Positions 11,470-25,226 of a stretch of 64,000 bases of DNA are shown here, piece after piece (positions within the stretch are counted from its first letter, which is position 1; every line of letters begins with the position of its first letter). The position numbers and the translations under genes were made by a program. Source of the DNA: Eledone cirrhosa (taxonomy: Eukaryota). The stretch covers positions 15,438,001-15,502,000 of the forward strand of contig OZ024763.1 of NCBI GenBank assembly GCA_964016885.1. Reading direction: 5' to 3'. The notes under the pieces were generated by a model. The model did no database searches. It was given only the letters and a program-made list of their open reading frames with translations, and had not been told where the DNA came from.

Positions 11470-11578
11470 GGAAAAGAGTCAGCCTGACTCTTTTCCTATT
11501 ACCCACTCTACTACCCTAAGTATCGAGTACTCTGGTGCATTATGGTCCACCTGGTTCCTTACCACACTTCTTTTGTTA
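11219..11578. repeat. Fold-back element (family also at 17140-17246, 24991-25192, 38053-38170)
   Basis: ggtgtggtaaggaaccagatggaccataacgcaccagagtactc arm mirrored at 11490-11572; internal palindrome 11296-11410. Confidence 0.85.
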
Positions 11579-12042
11579 TATATATATATATTATATATAT
11601 ATGTGTGTGTAAATGCACATAAAGAGGTGTGTTGCACTTATTTACCGCTATAAATGTCCAGCCCTCGCCTAACTATTGTCTAGTTCTTTTATATTGGTGT
11701 ATTTTATACTACCTACTTCTGGCTGTTGCTACCAGCTTAGCTTTCCCTCACTCTGCGTCACTGCCTCTGTTTTTGATTTAATCTCCGTAGATCTAACAGA
11801 CCCTCTTCCTTACATATTTTTCAACTTTCCATACATTTAATATGTAATTTCACATAACTCCTGTTTTGTGTTCATCATGTAAAATACTCTAAGACGAACT
11901 CTGTCTGCGTTGTCAGAGACTGAGATCCCTGGTAGCTAGTTTTTGCCATTTAAACATTTTTTTACTTTTAGTCTTTATTCCCCAGTATAAAACTCATTCA
12001 CTGTTCACTTTCCTGACTTTTGTACATTATTCTATGTACTAT

Positions 12043-12422
12043 AGGGCAGTGGATTGGCAGTATCGGTAGAGGGTCGGACGCCATGCTTTCCAGCATAGTT
12101 GCGTCCCTTTACGATCTGAGTTCAAATCCCGCCGAGGTTGACTTTGCCTTTCATCCTTACGGGGTCGATAAAATAAAGTACCAGTAATGCACTGGGTAAT
12201 TGCTGGCCTTGTGCCTAAAGTAGAAACAATTATTCTATGTACTATACATGCACCATTGATGAGTTGTAGTGCACCTGAACACTGTACACAATAAGTTTCA
12301 TTATTATCAAATCCCGCCGAGGTTAACTTTGCCTTTCATCCTTACGGGGTTGATAAAATAAAGTACCAGTAATACACTGGGTAATTGCTGGCCTTGTGCC
12401 AAAAGTAGAAACAATTATTATT
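12043..12422 (+). mobile_element. SINE family B, full copy (12043-12233) plus 3' partial copy (12307-12422)
   Basis: A/B boxes and body as in 7825-8024. Confidence 0.9.
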
Positions 12423-12565
12423 ATAAGATGCTCCTTCTTTTTTTTATTATATTTTACATTATATTTTGATGTTTGTAGGCCTGTTTATGGACCACATCCA
12501 TTATTCGCGGGTTTTCACTCTTCGAGGGTGCTCCAGGAACGTAGCGCTCGCGAATACTGAAGGAC

Positions 12566-12603
<38 letters not shown>

Positions 12604-12618
12604 GTGTGTGTATATATA

Positions 12619-12659
<41 letters not shown>

Positions 12660-12917
12660 ATACTTGGGGAGGGTCATATTTGTGTAATATTGCCAGAATT
12701 AATACAGAACACACTGTTTGTTTGGTTGGTTTTCGCTTTTCGCTTCTGTGTCTTTTATATCGGTAATCTAATTTATTCGGTCCTCAATGTTGCCATTGAC
12801 TGACCAACGGTCAAAAATAATACAGATACAATATAGACACAAACACATATATATAGTTTATCAAAGTTTCGACACACGATTTCATAACAAAAACCTCGCA
12901 AAACTAATTCATCGCAG

Positions 12918-12983
<66 letters not shown>

Positions 12984-12986
<3 letters not shown>

Positions 12987-13330
12987 ATGAAATATAAGAA
13001 TCAAAGAACTGTTCAAAACATTATTGTGCTTACAGCTGTTTCCTCCAAACCGAGGTTTGGATTCTTCGGAGCAATTTATTAATGAATGGACAGTTATATG
13101 ACCTTCTTTTCAGCCAAGAGACATACCGATACATATGCAAAATTGTGGGTCAACATTCATTACAGCATTTAGAGTGGCAGTACACACTTCGAAATTACAT
13201 TCATAATAAAAGGTACAATCAAAAATCAAAAATACAGGTTAAAATACAACATGAAGATAAGTGGTTTGGAGGAAACAGCTGTAAGCACAATAATGTTTTG
13301 AACAGTTCTTTGATTCTTATATTTCATATA
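12984..13330. repeat. Fold-back inverted repeat (arms 12984-13051 and 13263-13330)
   Basis: tatatgaaatataagaatcaaagaactgttc...ctccaaacc mirrored. Confidence 0.9.
13028..13072 (-). ncRNA. Hammerhead motif (U4C variant)
   Basis: Minus: GCT-CCGAAGA-ATCCAAACC[tc]GGTTTGGAG-GAAAC-AGCT-GTA-AGC. Confidence 0.65.
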
Positions 13331-13526
13331 ACTGCTCGGTAAATCATCTGATGTTTTTACATTGAGCTACTTAACTTACTGGTAATAAGGTAGTAATACA
13401 TTACTGCCTACCACTATTTAGGGTTGGTATAAAAAATACATATAACTACAAAAGGTTTTTGTATTTTCATAACCATAAATAGTACAATTAATACAATTAA
13501 TACTATATATATATATATATATATCT

Positions 13527-13744
13527 TAAACGATCGACTTTCGTCAAATCGGACCGAGGGAACAATGTTTCCGTTGGTCTTTCCAATTGCTAATACTATC
13601 TATCGGTCGCAACTCCAGGTAGAAGGAGCAACGTGAAATAAAGTGTCTTGCTCAAGGACATAACGCATCGCCTGGTCCAGGAATCGAACTCACAACCTTA
13701 CGATTGCGAATCCAATTCTCTAACCACTCAGCCACACGCCTTCA
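13527..13744 (-). mobile_element. tRNA/CORE SINE variant (sister of 1724-1940)
   Basis: Reverse complement of 1724-1940. Confidence 0.88.
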
Positions 13745-14925
<1,181 letters not shown>

Positions 14926-15132
14926 TGTTGAACAATCAAAATAATACAAATGTCAGAGATAGAGATATGTAGTTAATTAGTTCATTGTCTTGGAAATCTT
15001 ACTCGATGAGACGCCTACCACAGAAAATATAGGACACAACACCTAACCTCACCGAAACCATCTCCTCAAGGCCACATTGACTTCTAACAATGTTATCAGC
15101 CCCACCACAAACAGATGGAAACCAATATATCT

Positions 15133-15322
15133 TCATCATCATCATCATCATCATCGTCATTGTCGTTTAATGTCTATTTTCCACGCGAGCATGGGTTAGA
15201 TGGGTTTGTCCTATTAGAAGCAAGTTGGGTTGGGTGACCATGTCTTGGTCATATAGGACTGTTTCTGGCCTGGTTTTCTACATCTGGATGCCCTTCCTAA
15301 TGCCAACCACTTTACTTTACAG
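15133..15322 (-). mobile_element. RTE family B-like 3' UTR/tail fragment
   Basis: (CAT)n, tttaatgtctattttccacgcgagcatgggttag, ggatgcccttcctaa box. Confidence 0.75.
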
Positions 15323-15354
15323 ATATATATATGTTTACAACTAGTATATATACA

Positions 15355-16031
15355 TATATGTGAATATGAGAACAAACGTGCTGCGTGGTTGCAAATGGGT
15401 TATATATGAATAAAGTTAGTCCTTCATCAGTGATCTTCCAACCATCATCGGTATTTCATCGCTTTAAAGACCATATACCTCCGGTTGGTGCGAGCAACGG
15501 CTAAAGAAAGTCGTTGGGACACGTAAATAAGGGGAACGAGCGAGAGTGTAAACAAACAAAGATGGTAAAGCAACGAAAAGTGGGGAAGAAGGAGTCAAGT
15601 CCCAGATTTCCATGAATATAAGTTCGGTGAAATCGTGAACGAGAGAGAATAAAGACCATCAAACCTAGTCGAAATGTGAGCAAGGAAAGAATTCCACACA
15701 GGTCAAATGGGAGGAAGAAAGAGTCCAGTCCGTGAATTCGGTGAACATAAGTTCTGTGAAATCGTAGACGAGAGAGAGAAAAGGGGAACCAGCCTGGTCA
15801 AGCGTGCGCGAAAAAAGAATTACGCACAGGTCAAACGGGAGGAAGTAGGAGAGGTAGTAGCAGAGAGTGAGTGAGTGAAGGGTGAGGAAGAGGCTAACAG
15901 AGAGAGTGACTGTTAGAGAGGGTAAAGATACAGAGAAAGAGGAAGCAGTAAGAACGAAATAGACGGGTCACAGCGGGGGAAAATATATGTGTGAATATGA
16001 GAACAAATGTGCTGCGTGGTTGCAAATATAT

Positions 16032-16113
<82 letters not shown>

Positions 16114-16420
16114 ACATACATATATATATATATATGTATATATATATATGTATATATATATATGAAAAAGTGAGTCCTCATCAGTGACCCTCCAACCGTC
16201 CCAGGCATTTCATCGCTTTAAGGGCCATATGCCTCAGGTTGGTGTGAACAGCGGCTAAAAAAAGTCGTTGGGACACGTAAATAAAGGGGGACATTAGAGT
16301 AACAACAAAAGGGTTATAGCAACGGAAAGTGAGTAGAAATAGACAAGTCCCAGATCTCTATGAATATAAACTCTGTGAAATCGTGAACAAGAGACGAAAG
16401 ACTATCGAACCCAACCCAAA
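15355..16420 (-). repeat. Diverged direct duplication with hammerhead 5' halves, Penelope-like tandem pLTR
   Basis: gtgaatatgagaacaaa.gtgctgcgtggttgcaaat at ~15360 and ~15991; agtcc(t)tcatcagtga (minus CTGATGA(A)GGAC) at ~15418 and ~16173; shared aaagtcgttgggacacgtaaataa. Confidence 0.65.
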
Positions 16421-16430
16421 TATATATATG

Positions 16431-16506
<76 letters not shown>

Positions 16507-16582
16507 AGGTGAGTTTTATTGTACCACAATAAAGCAATGCAAATATTGGATAAGTAGCACTCAACAGTTTATAGGACTGGAG

Positions 16583-16770
16583 TATAAATAATATAAAATC
16601 AAAAGATGGTTAAAAGATTCCATGTATTTTATTATGGGATGATATTTGCATTCTCATCAGATATCTGATGAGAACGAAAATATCATCCCATGATGATATT
16701 TGTTTTTGAAATGCGCATAATGAAATACCTGGAACTCTTTTAACCATCTTTTGATTTTATATTATATATA
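16583..16770. repeat. Fold-back element
   Basis: aatataaaatcaaaagatggttaaaaga / tcttttaaccatcttttgattttatatt arms; central palindrome tctcatcagatatctgatgaga. Confidence 0.85.
16662..16722 (+). ncRNA. Hammerhead motif with extended stem II
   Basis: CTGATGA-GAACGAAAATATCATC[ccat]GATGATATTTGTTTTT-GAAA-TGCGC-ATA; palindromic TGCGCA stem III; weak stem I. Confidence 0.7.
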
Positions 16771-16807
16771 CATATATATATATATACACACACACACACA
16801 TATATAT

Positions 16808-17040
16808 CATCATCATCATCATCATCATCAACGTTTAACGTCCGTGTTCCACGCTTGCATGGGTTTGGACGGGGGTAGTCCCACTTGAGGCAAGAGTGAT
16901 TGTCTTGCTCGCATAGGACTGTCTGGCAGGTTTTCTACAGTTGGATGCCCTTCCTAACACCAACCACATTTACAGTGTGGGTCTGGGAGGTTTTTACCGT
17001 GTTGCCTACACGGCCACATTACAGCGTGGACTGTGTGTTT
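16808..17040 (-). mobile_element. RTE family B 3' UTR/tail
   Basis: Matches 43594-43800. Confidence 0.85.
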
Positions 17041-17080
17041 TTTTTATATATACATACACATACACACACACACATATATA

Positions 17081-17115
<35 letters not shown>

Positions 17116-17377
17116 CTAGTTCAGATCTAGCTGTCAAAATGGCTGGAGCTCAGCCGTCAGGGTCCTGATTCTTTTCCTACTACCCTAACTATTGAGTACT
17201 CTGGTGCATTATGGTCCACTGGTATCTTACCACACCCTCTTTGTTATATATATATATATATAACAGGGTGTTGTAGTTTGCTTGAAGCATTGTTGAATAG
17301 GAAATATAAATTTAAATAATTTTAAAAGCCATACAATGCATTAGAAAATTAAAATCTTACCTTAGAAAATTTAATAA

Positions 17378-17417
17378 TCCCAAATATTTTCGGGTTTAAA
17401 AACCCATTATCAAGGGA
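17378..17417 (-). ncRNA. Degenerate hammerhead motif
   Basis: Minus: TCCC-TTGATAA-TGGGTTT[tt]AAACCC-GAAA-ATATTT-GGGA; two core substitutions. Confidence 0.45.
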
Positions 17418-18243
17418 GTATCTCTGTAAAGGTCTTAAAGGATTGGTCAAAGATGTGTTGTTAGGAAGGTGGAGTTAAGGTAAATGTAATGAAAAGATGT
17501 TAAAATTTTGAGCATGTGTGTTGTGAAATGTGTGGGAAAAAGTGTATGATATATGCATGTGTGTGTGTGAATCTAAGTGTGCTTAGTGGCAGATGTATGT
17601 GTGTATGTGCATGAGTGTAAGTTTACATAGCAAAAGGTATGTGCGAATATGTATATGATATAAGGAAAAAAATATGTGTGTGATTATATGTATGTATGCG
17701 TCGATGATGTACAAGCGTGAAATTAATAAAACTTTGTGTTTTTGCATCTCTGTGTTTGTCTTATTGTTTCAAGCAGCGACAAGATAAACACAGTGATGCA
17801 GAAAGACCAAGTCTTATTAGTTTCATGTAAACAAACATTGGGTTTATTAAAAATTATTGAAACGAAGTATTGAGACAATAAGTTCATAGAAAAATGGGAA
17901 ACACCCAAATACTGTTAATATGCCACAGGCCTCTATTTTCCACCGTTAGAAGTATTGTTACCCTATTTCACGCATTTGAGCTTCCCATTTTTCTGGCTTG
18001 AATGGGAGATCAGTAGCCACTGCTTCAGTACTGACTTGGTCTATGTAGACCCATGCAACCCTCGCTAGCAAGGAAAGTGGACGTTAAAATGATGATGATA
18101 ATGATGATGATTATATATATATATATATATAGTATATATATAGTATATATATATAGTATATATATATAGTATATATATATATATAAGCAAAAGGGATATT
18201 TAATTTGTTGGTATTGATGATGATGATGATGATTATATATATA

Positions 18244-18350
18244 TGCGAGCAAGACAATCACTCTTGCCTCAAGTGGGAAAACCCCCGTCCAAACCCATGC
18301 AAGCGTGGAACACGGACGTTAAACGTTGATGATGATGATGATGATGATGA
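18244..18350 (+). mobile_element. RTE family B tail
   Basis: cccgtccaaacccatgcaagcgtggaacacggacgttaaac(ATG)n. Confidence 0.85.
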
Positions 18351-18633
18351 TAGTATATATATATAGTATATATATATATAAGCAAAAGGGATATTTAATT
18401 TGTTGGTATTTAATCTGTACCCTTTATTTAATTTCTACCCTTGAAATATATATAACAGAATAAATATGGTTTTATAAATATAGTTTCCATTTATTAATAT
18501 CATTGATATATATATATATATATATATACATATATAGTAATAATAATAAATGTGAAGACTAAAATCTGAAGAGGGCTCGATAAGGATAATATATATATAT
18601 GTATAAAAACCGTAGAGCAAATATTTATTAAAA

Positions 18634-18702
18634 TAACGGGATCTTCTGAAGATCCCGTTAAGAGTGAAAGCAGCAATTCTTTGCTTAAACTTTAATCTGT
18701 TA
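18634..18702 (+). ncRNA. Hammerhead-like motif at a fold-back centre (family also 3445-3523/4221-4269 and 27420-27680)
   Basis: CTGAAGA-TCCC[gttaa]GAGT-GAAA-gcagcaa-TT-CTTTGC; palindromic centre taacgggatcttctgaagatcccgtta. Confidence 0.55.
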
Positions 18703-18982
18703 TTTTAATAAATAAATAAATATATATATATAGAAGGAAGACGCAGTAGAGGAAGGCCACGAAAAACATGGGCGGAGGTGGTGAGAGCAGACCTCAGATC
18801 ACTGAAGCTCACAGAGGAACTGTACGTCTTAAATCGGGATGTTTGTTTACAAACACACCGAGCATTATAATAAATGTTCAGTAAATCCATACGTACATAT
18901 ATATATGTGTGCATGTATGTAGATATATATACATACTGCTGTACGTCTGTATACATATATGTATGTACGTATACATACTTTT

Positions 18983-19025
<43 letters not shown>

Positions 19026-19030
19026 TATAT

Positions 19031-19697
<667 letters not shown>

Positions 19698-19946
19698 ATA
19701 TATATATATATATGTCAAATTACCAGCCTGGATGGGGTGATCGTTTGGTTGGAAGTGGGGGGGGGGGCTGCCTACGTTAGTTTTCGGTGAGTTTGGGATA
19801 GTGGATGGTCAACTACCTTTTGCACCTGTGGAGGTGAATTGGGGCTCACAGGGGAACGGCCGAGGGATCCAAAAACACGCACCTTGTCCGTCCCCTTGTC
19901 GTTTCTGTTTGTATTGCCTTGGGAATGTAACCTTATTATATAAGAA

Positions 19947-20021
19947 GCTGTCTGATGATGTCACGGCACTGGGTACACGAAATTGTGTGGCCACTGTCGT
20001 CATTGAAATATGTATCACAGC
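19947..20021 (+). ncRNA. Hammerhead ribozyme with long stem II
   Basis: GCTGT-CTGATGA-[46-nt hairpin]-GAAA-TATGT-ATC-ACAGC; perfect 5-bp stem I, AUC site. Confidence 0.8.
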
Positions 20022-20065
20022 ATTATCAATAAAAGACTTTAACATCTGAAACTACCTCACATTTT

Positions 20066-20186
<121 letters not shown>

Positions 20187-20410
20187 GCTACATTGCCACA
20201 GCTCACACATATGCAAGGCCAGCCTGCCTCCTAAAATGTTACATCTCATAGGGGGTTTCTAAGGTATTTTAATGATAGGACCCAGTGTTGGTTTCACTGG
20301 CCCCTTGCAGCTTATTAGTATTTTATTAGGTATTTTAACAATATGAGCCTCATTCCTATGAGGAAAGGCAACATTAAATGAAACATCTTGTTCACTTAGT
20401 AGAAGAAAAG

Positions 20411-21045
20411 AGTCATCAGATAAGACCAGGGAAACAATGTTTCCATTAGTTTTTTCATTGCTGATATTTGTTGGTCACAACTCCTGGCAGAAGATAGGAA
20501 CTGATCATCAGATCAGACCAAGGAAACAATCTTTCTATTAGTATTTCCATTGTTGATACTATCTGTTGGTCACAATTCCTGGCAGAAGATAGGAACTGAT
20601 CATCTGATCAGACCAAGGAAACAATCTTTCTATTAGTATTTCCATTGTTGATACTATCTGTTAGTCACAATTCCTGACAGAAGAAAGGAACTGATCATCA
20701 GATCAGACCAAGGAAACAATCTTTCTATTAGTATTTCCATTGTTGATACTATCTGTTAGTCACAATTCCTGACAGAAGAAAGGAACTGATCATCAGATCA
20801 GACCAAGGAAACAATCTTTCTATTAGTATTTCCATTGTTGATACTATCTGTTAGTCACAATTCCTGACAGAAGAAAGGAACTGATCATCAGATCAGACCA
20901 AGGAAACAATCTTTCTATTAGTATTTCCATTGCTGATACTATCTGTTAGTCACAACTCCTGGCATAAGAGAGATGATCATCAGATCAGACCAAGGAAACA
21001 GTATTTCCATTGGTCTTTCATTACTAATGCTATCTGTCAATTAGT
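20411..21045. repeat. 95-bp tandem repeat (~6.5 units)
   Basis: gatcagaccaaggaaacaatctttctattagtatttccattg recurs at 20701, 20796, 20891. Confidence 0.92.
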
Positions 21046-21153
21046 TGCTTCACAATAAGTGAAACTGGACAACCCAGTTGCTTAATTTTCAGACACATCC
21101 AAACCATGCAAGCATGATAAATCCAACATAAAATAATGATGATGATGATGATG

Positions 21154-21215
<62 letters not shown>

Positions 21216-21261
21216 ATACATACATATGTATATGTATATATGTGTGTGTATGTATATATAT

Positions 21262-21651
21262 AGAAATGAGGCTAGTATGCTTTGTTGGATATGAAATGTT
21301 ATTGTGCGTGGACAACCCAGCATAAATGTGTTGAGAGAGAAACTGTGTCTGAGAGGGATAGAATGTGGTGTACGGGAGAGGAGACTGAGGTGGTATGGAC
21401 ATGTGATGCGCATGGAGGATGACCGATGGGTGAAGAAGTGCCAGGAAATGCCAGTTGAAGGAAGACGTGGTAGAGGTAGACCACGAAAAACATGGACGGA
21501 GGTGGTGAGAACAGACCTCAGATCATTGAAGCTCACGGTGGAGATGACGAAGGACCGTGACAATGGAGAGATGCTGTGCTGAATAAGACCCGTCCCACCC
21601 TTGCAAGCAGGGAAAAGCGGACGTAAAATGATGATGATGATGATGATGATG
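21262..21651 (+). mobile_element. 5'-truncated RTE family A
   Basis: ORF 21304-21582 RLRWYGHVMRM; (ATG)n tail. Confidence 0.93.
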
Positions 21652-21654
21652 ACA

Positions 21655-21750
21655 CATGGTGTCCCCAAAAATATATACACATTTCAACAGCATTCTAATA
21701 AATATTGCCTGTACAGGTAATCAAAGTGTGTATACATTTGGGACACCCTG
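21655..21750. mobile_element. Tc1/mariner-type MITE
   Basis: TIRs catggtgtccccaaaaatatatacac / gtgtatacatttgggacaccctg followed by TA. Confidence 0.7.
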
Positions 21751-21830
21751 TATATATATATATAGAGCGTGAAATTAATAAACATTCGTTGTACTGCCTC
21801 TCTGTTTTGTCCCTGTTCAAATTTTTCCAT

Positions 21831-21861
<31 letters not shown>

Positions 21862-22044
21862 GTATATATATGTGTGTGTGTCTGTGTGTGTGTGTGTATG
21901 TATGTCTGTGTGTTTGTGTGCGTGTGTGTGTATACATATATATGTATAAATGTCTATAAATATATATACATGTGTGTGTATACATATTTGATACAACCGT
22001 ATAGATACTTCGTACTTGGGTTATATATAGATATGCGTGTGTAT

Positions 22045-22295
22045 TATCATCATCATCATCATCAAGGTTTAGCGTCCGTGTTCCACGCTTGCATGGGTTT
22101 GGACGGGGGTTTTCCCACTTGAGGCAAGAGTGGTTGTCTTGCTCGCATAGGACTGCCTGGCGGGTTTTCTACAGTTGGATTCCCTTCCTAACACCAACCA
22201 CATTTACAGTGTGGGGCTGGGAGGTTTTTACCGTGTTGCCTACGCGGCCACATTTACAGCGTGGACTGTGTGTTTTTTTTGTCGTGACACCTACA
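22045..22295 (-). mobile_element. RTE family B 3' UTR/tail
   Basis: Matches 16808-17040. Confidence 0.85.
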
Positions 22296-22448
22296 CCTAT
22301 ATATATATATACACACATATATATATATATACAGACACTGACTAACCCAAGTGAAGTACTTTAAAATTGAGAAACTTCACAAGCATCTCACCCTCGGCGT
22401 AGATTACCTGTTAAGGAACCTAAAGCTTATAAATATATATATAAATGG

Positions 22449-22495
22449 CTTCTACAGGACTAGCACTGTTTCATTCGGTAGAAATCATCAGGAAG
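22449..22495 (-). ncRNA. Hammerhead motif
   Basis: Minus: cttc-CTGATGA-TTTC[tacc]GAAT-GAAAC-agtgcta-GTC-ctgtagaag; stem I bulged. Confidence 0.6.
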
Positions 22496-22764
22496 ATATA
22501 TAATATATATATATTATATATATATATTATATATAAATATATATATATACATTAAATATATATATATATAATGAAATTGTGTACAGTGTTCAGGTGCAAT
22601 ATAATATGTATATATACATATATATATACATACACACATAAATAAATATGTGTATGTGTGTGTATATATATATATATTATATATATGTGTGCGTATACAT
22701 ATATATATATATGTGTGTGTGTGTGTACACATATATATATATATGTATATACACACACACACAC

Positions 22765-22816
<52 letters not shown>

Positions 22817-22988
22817 CATCACAATTTGACGTCAGTTATTTTTTTCATTCTTTGATTAGTTTAGTCATAATAGGTAGGTCATGATGGTGCCTATATTATT
22901 GATCTCAATTTATTGAACTGTGAAGTCATGGCATATAAACAACAGTAGATCTAAACAGAGATAGGGACACAAGAAGAACACTCCCTCC

Positions 22989-23034
<46 letters not shown>

Positions 23035-23037
<3 letters not shown>

Positions 23038-23205
23038 TACATACGTACATATATAGACACACACACATATATATATATATCATCATCATCATCATCGTTT
23101 AACGTCTATATATATATATATGTATATATATGTATATATATGTATACATACATATATAGACACACATATATATATATATCATCATCATCATCATCGTTTA
23201 ACGTG

Positions 23206-23238
<33 letters not shown>

Positions 23239-23304
23239 GTATACATACATATATAGACACACACATATATATATATATCATCATCATCATCATCGTTTAA
23301 CGTG

Positions 23305-23337
<33 letters not shown>

Positions 23338-23402
23338 GTATACATACATATATAGACACACACATATATATATATATCATCATCATCATCATCGTTTAAC
23401 GT

Positions 23403-23438
<36 letters not shown>

Positions 23439-23700
23439 GTATACATACATATATAGACACACACATATATATATATATCATCATCATCATCATCGTTTAA
23501 CGTCTATATATATATATATATATGTATATATATGTATACATACATATATAGACACACACACATATATATATATCATCATCATCATCATCGTTTAACGTCT
23601 ATATATATATATATATATGTATATATATGTATACATACATATATAGACACACACACATATATATATATCATCATCATCATCATCATCGTTTAACGTGTAT
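23035..23700. repeat. ~100-120-bp composite minisatellite (6 units) built from microsatellites plus an RTE tail end
   Basis: (CAT)n-cgtttaacgt-(TA)n-catatatagacac repeated six times. Confidence 0.85.
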
Positions 23701-23844
23701 ATATATATATATGTATATTAGGGTAAACTTTGATGCAATTCAATTCAAGCAGTCAACATACTTTTTCCACATAGGAGTGACGGAGTAAATATCGAATAAG
23801 GAAAAGCGAAGTAGTTTCAGATGTTCAAGTCCTTTAATAATAAT

Positions 23845-23918
23845 GCTGTGATATATATTTCAATGACGACACTGGCCACACTGTTCTGTGTGCGGGTGTC
23901 GTGACATCATCAGACAGC
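23845..23918 (-). ncRNA. Hammerhead ribozyme with long stem II
   Basis: Reverse complement of 24065-24138 with one substitution in stem II. Confidence 0.8.
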
Positions 23919-24064
23919 TTTTTACATAATAAGGTTATGTTTCCGAGGCAATCCAAATTGAATCGACATGGGAACGGATGAATTGCGTGCTTTTGGGTTT
24001 TTCATCCGTTCCCATGTCGATTCATTTTGGATTGCCTCGGAAACATAACCTTATTACGTAACAA

Positions 24065-24138
24065 GCTGTCTGATGATGTCACGACACTCGCACACAGAAC
24101 AGTGTGGCCAGTGTCGTCATTGAAATATATATCACAGC
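24065..24138 (+). ncRNA. Hammerhead ribozyme with long stem II
   Basis: GCTGT-CTGATGA-TGTCACGACACT...AGTGTCGTCATT-GAAA-TATAT-ATC-ACAGC. Confidence 0.82.
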
Positions 24139-24156
24139 ATTATTATTAAAGGACTT

Positions 24157-24340
24157 TGGCAGTATCGGTAGAGGGTCGGGCGCTATGCTTTCCAGCATAG
24201 CTACGTCCCTTTACGATCTGAGTTCAAATCCCGCCGAGGTTGACTTTGCCTTTCATCCTTACGGGGTCGATAAAATAAAGTACCAGTAATACACTGGGTA
24301 ATTGCTGGCCTTGTGCCTAAAGTAGAAACAATTATTATTA
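24157..24340 (+). mobile_element. SINE family B with ~18-bp target-site duplication
   Basis: attattattaaaggactt at 24139-24156 and 24331-24348. Confidence 0.93.
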
Positions 24341-24376
24341 AAGGACTTGAACATCTGAAACTACTTCGCTTTTCCT

Positions 24377-24451
<75 letters not shown>

Positions 24452-24452
24452 C

Positions 24453-24537
<85 letters not shown>

Positions 24538-24545
24538 CATATATA

Positions 24546-24600
<55 letters not shown>

Positions 24601-24605
<5 letters not shown>

Positions 24606-24754
24606 TAAGAGGAATTCCAACTTTGTCTGATTTACTCGCTTTATTTACAATCCTTTAAAATATATATAATGGTATTATAATACCATTATATATATTTTAA
24701 AGGATTGTAAATAAAGCGAGTAAATCAGACAAAGTTGGAATTCCTCTTATTAAT
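24601..24754. repeat. Perfect ~154-bp palindrome
   Basis: attaataagaggaattccaactttgtc...atggtattataataccat...gacaaagttggaattcctcttattaat. Confidence 0.93.
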
Positions 24755-24829
24755 ATAATCTTCTATACACAATCATACACACCCGTGTATATTTACCTAA
24801 CTATATCTATATATATATATATATATATC

Positions 24830-24862
<33 letters not shown>

Positions 24863-24865
24863 GTG

Positions 24866-24995
<130 letters not shown>

Positions 24996-25226
24996 TGTTC
25001 AAGACCTCGATGGCAGAATTCAAGCCATTTCGACGGCTATTTCTTTACTGGGTCCAGAAATAGCCCTCGAAACGGCTTGAGCTCTGCCGTCGGGGTCTTG
25101 AACAAATTCCTATTACCCACTCAACTAGTCTAAGTATTGAGTACTCTGGTGTGTTATGGTCCATCTGGTCCCTTCCCACACTACCTTTGTTATATATATA
25201 TATATATGTATATACACAATAAGCAT

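Larger units (their letters stand above)
23794..24381. repeat. Large fold-back element with a hammerhead on each strand, right arm interrupted by a SINE
   Basis: Left arm 23794-23982 mirrors 24001-24156 plus 24349-24381. Confidence 0.92.

Noticed and set aside
12495-12570. Tigger/pogo-like TIR remnant (cgcgaatactgaaggacaacta)
   Set aside because: Only one convincing end; too short to call
20500-20990. Minus-strand CTGATGA-T-CAGTTCCT..AGGAATTG-T-GACT in the 95-bp units as tandem hammerheads
   Set aside because: GAAA is replaced by GACT/GACC in every unit and there is no stem III; the parent SINE module lacks the motif
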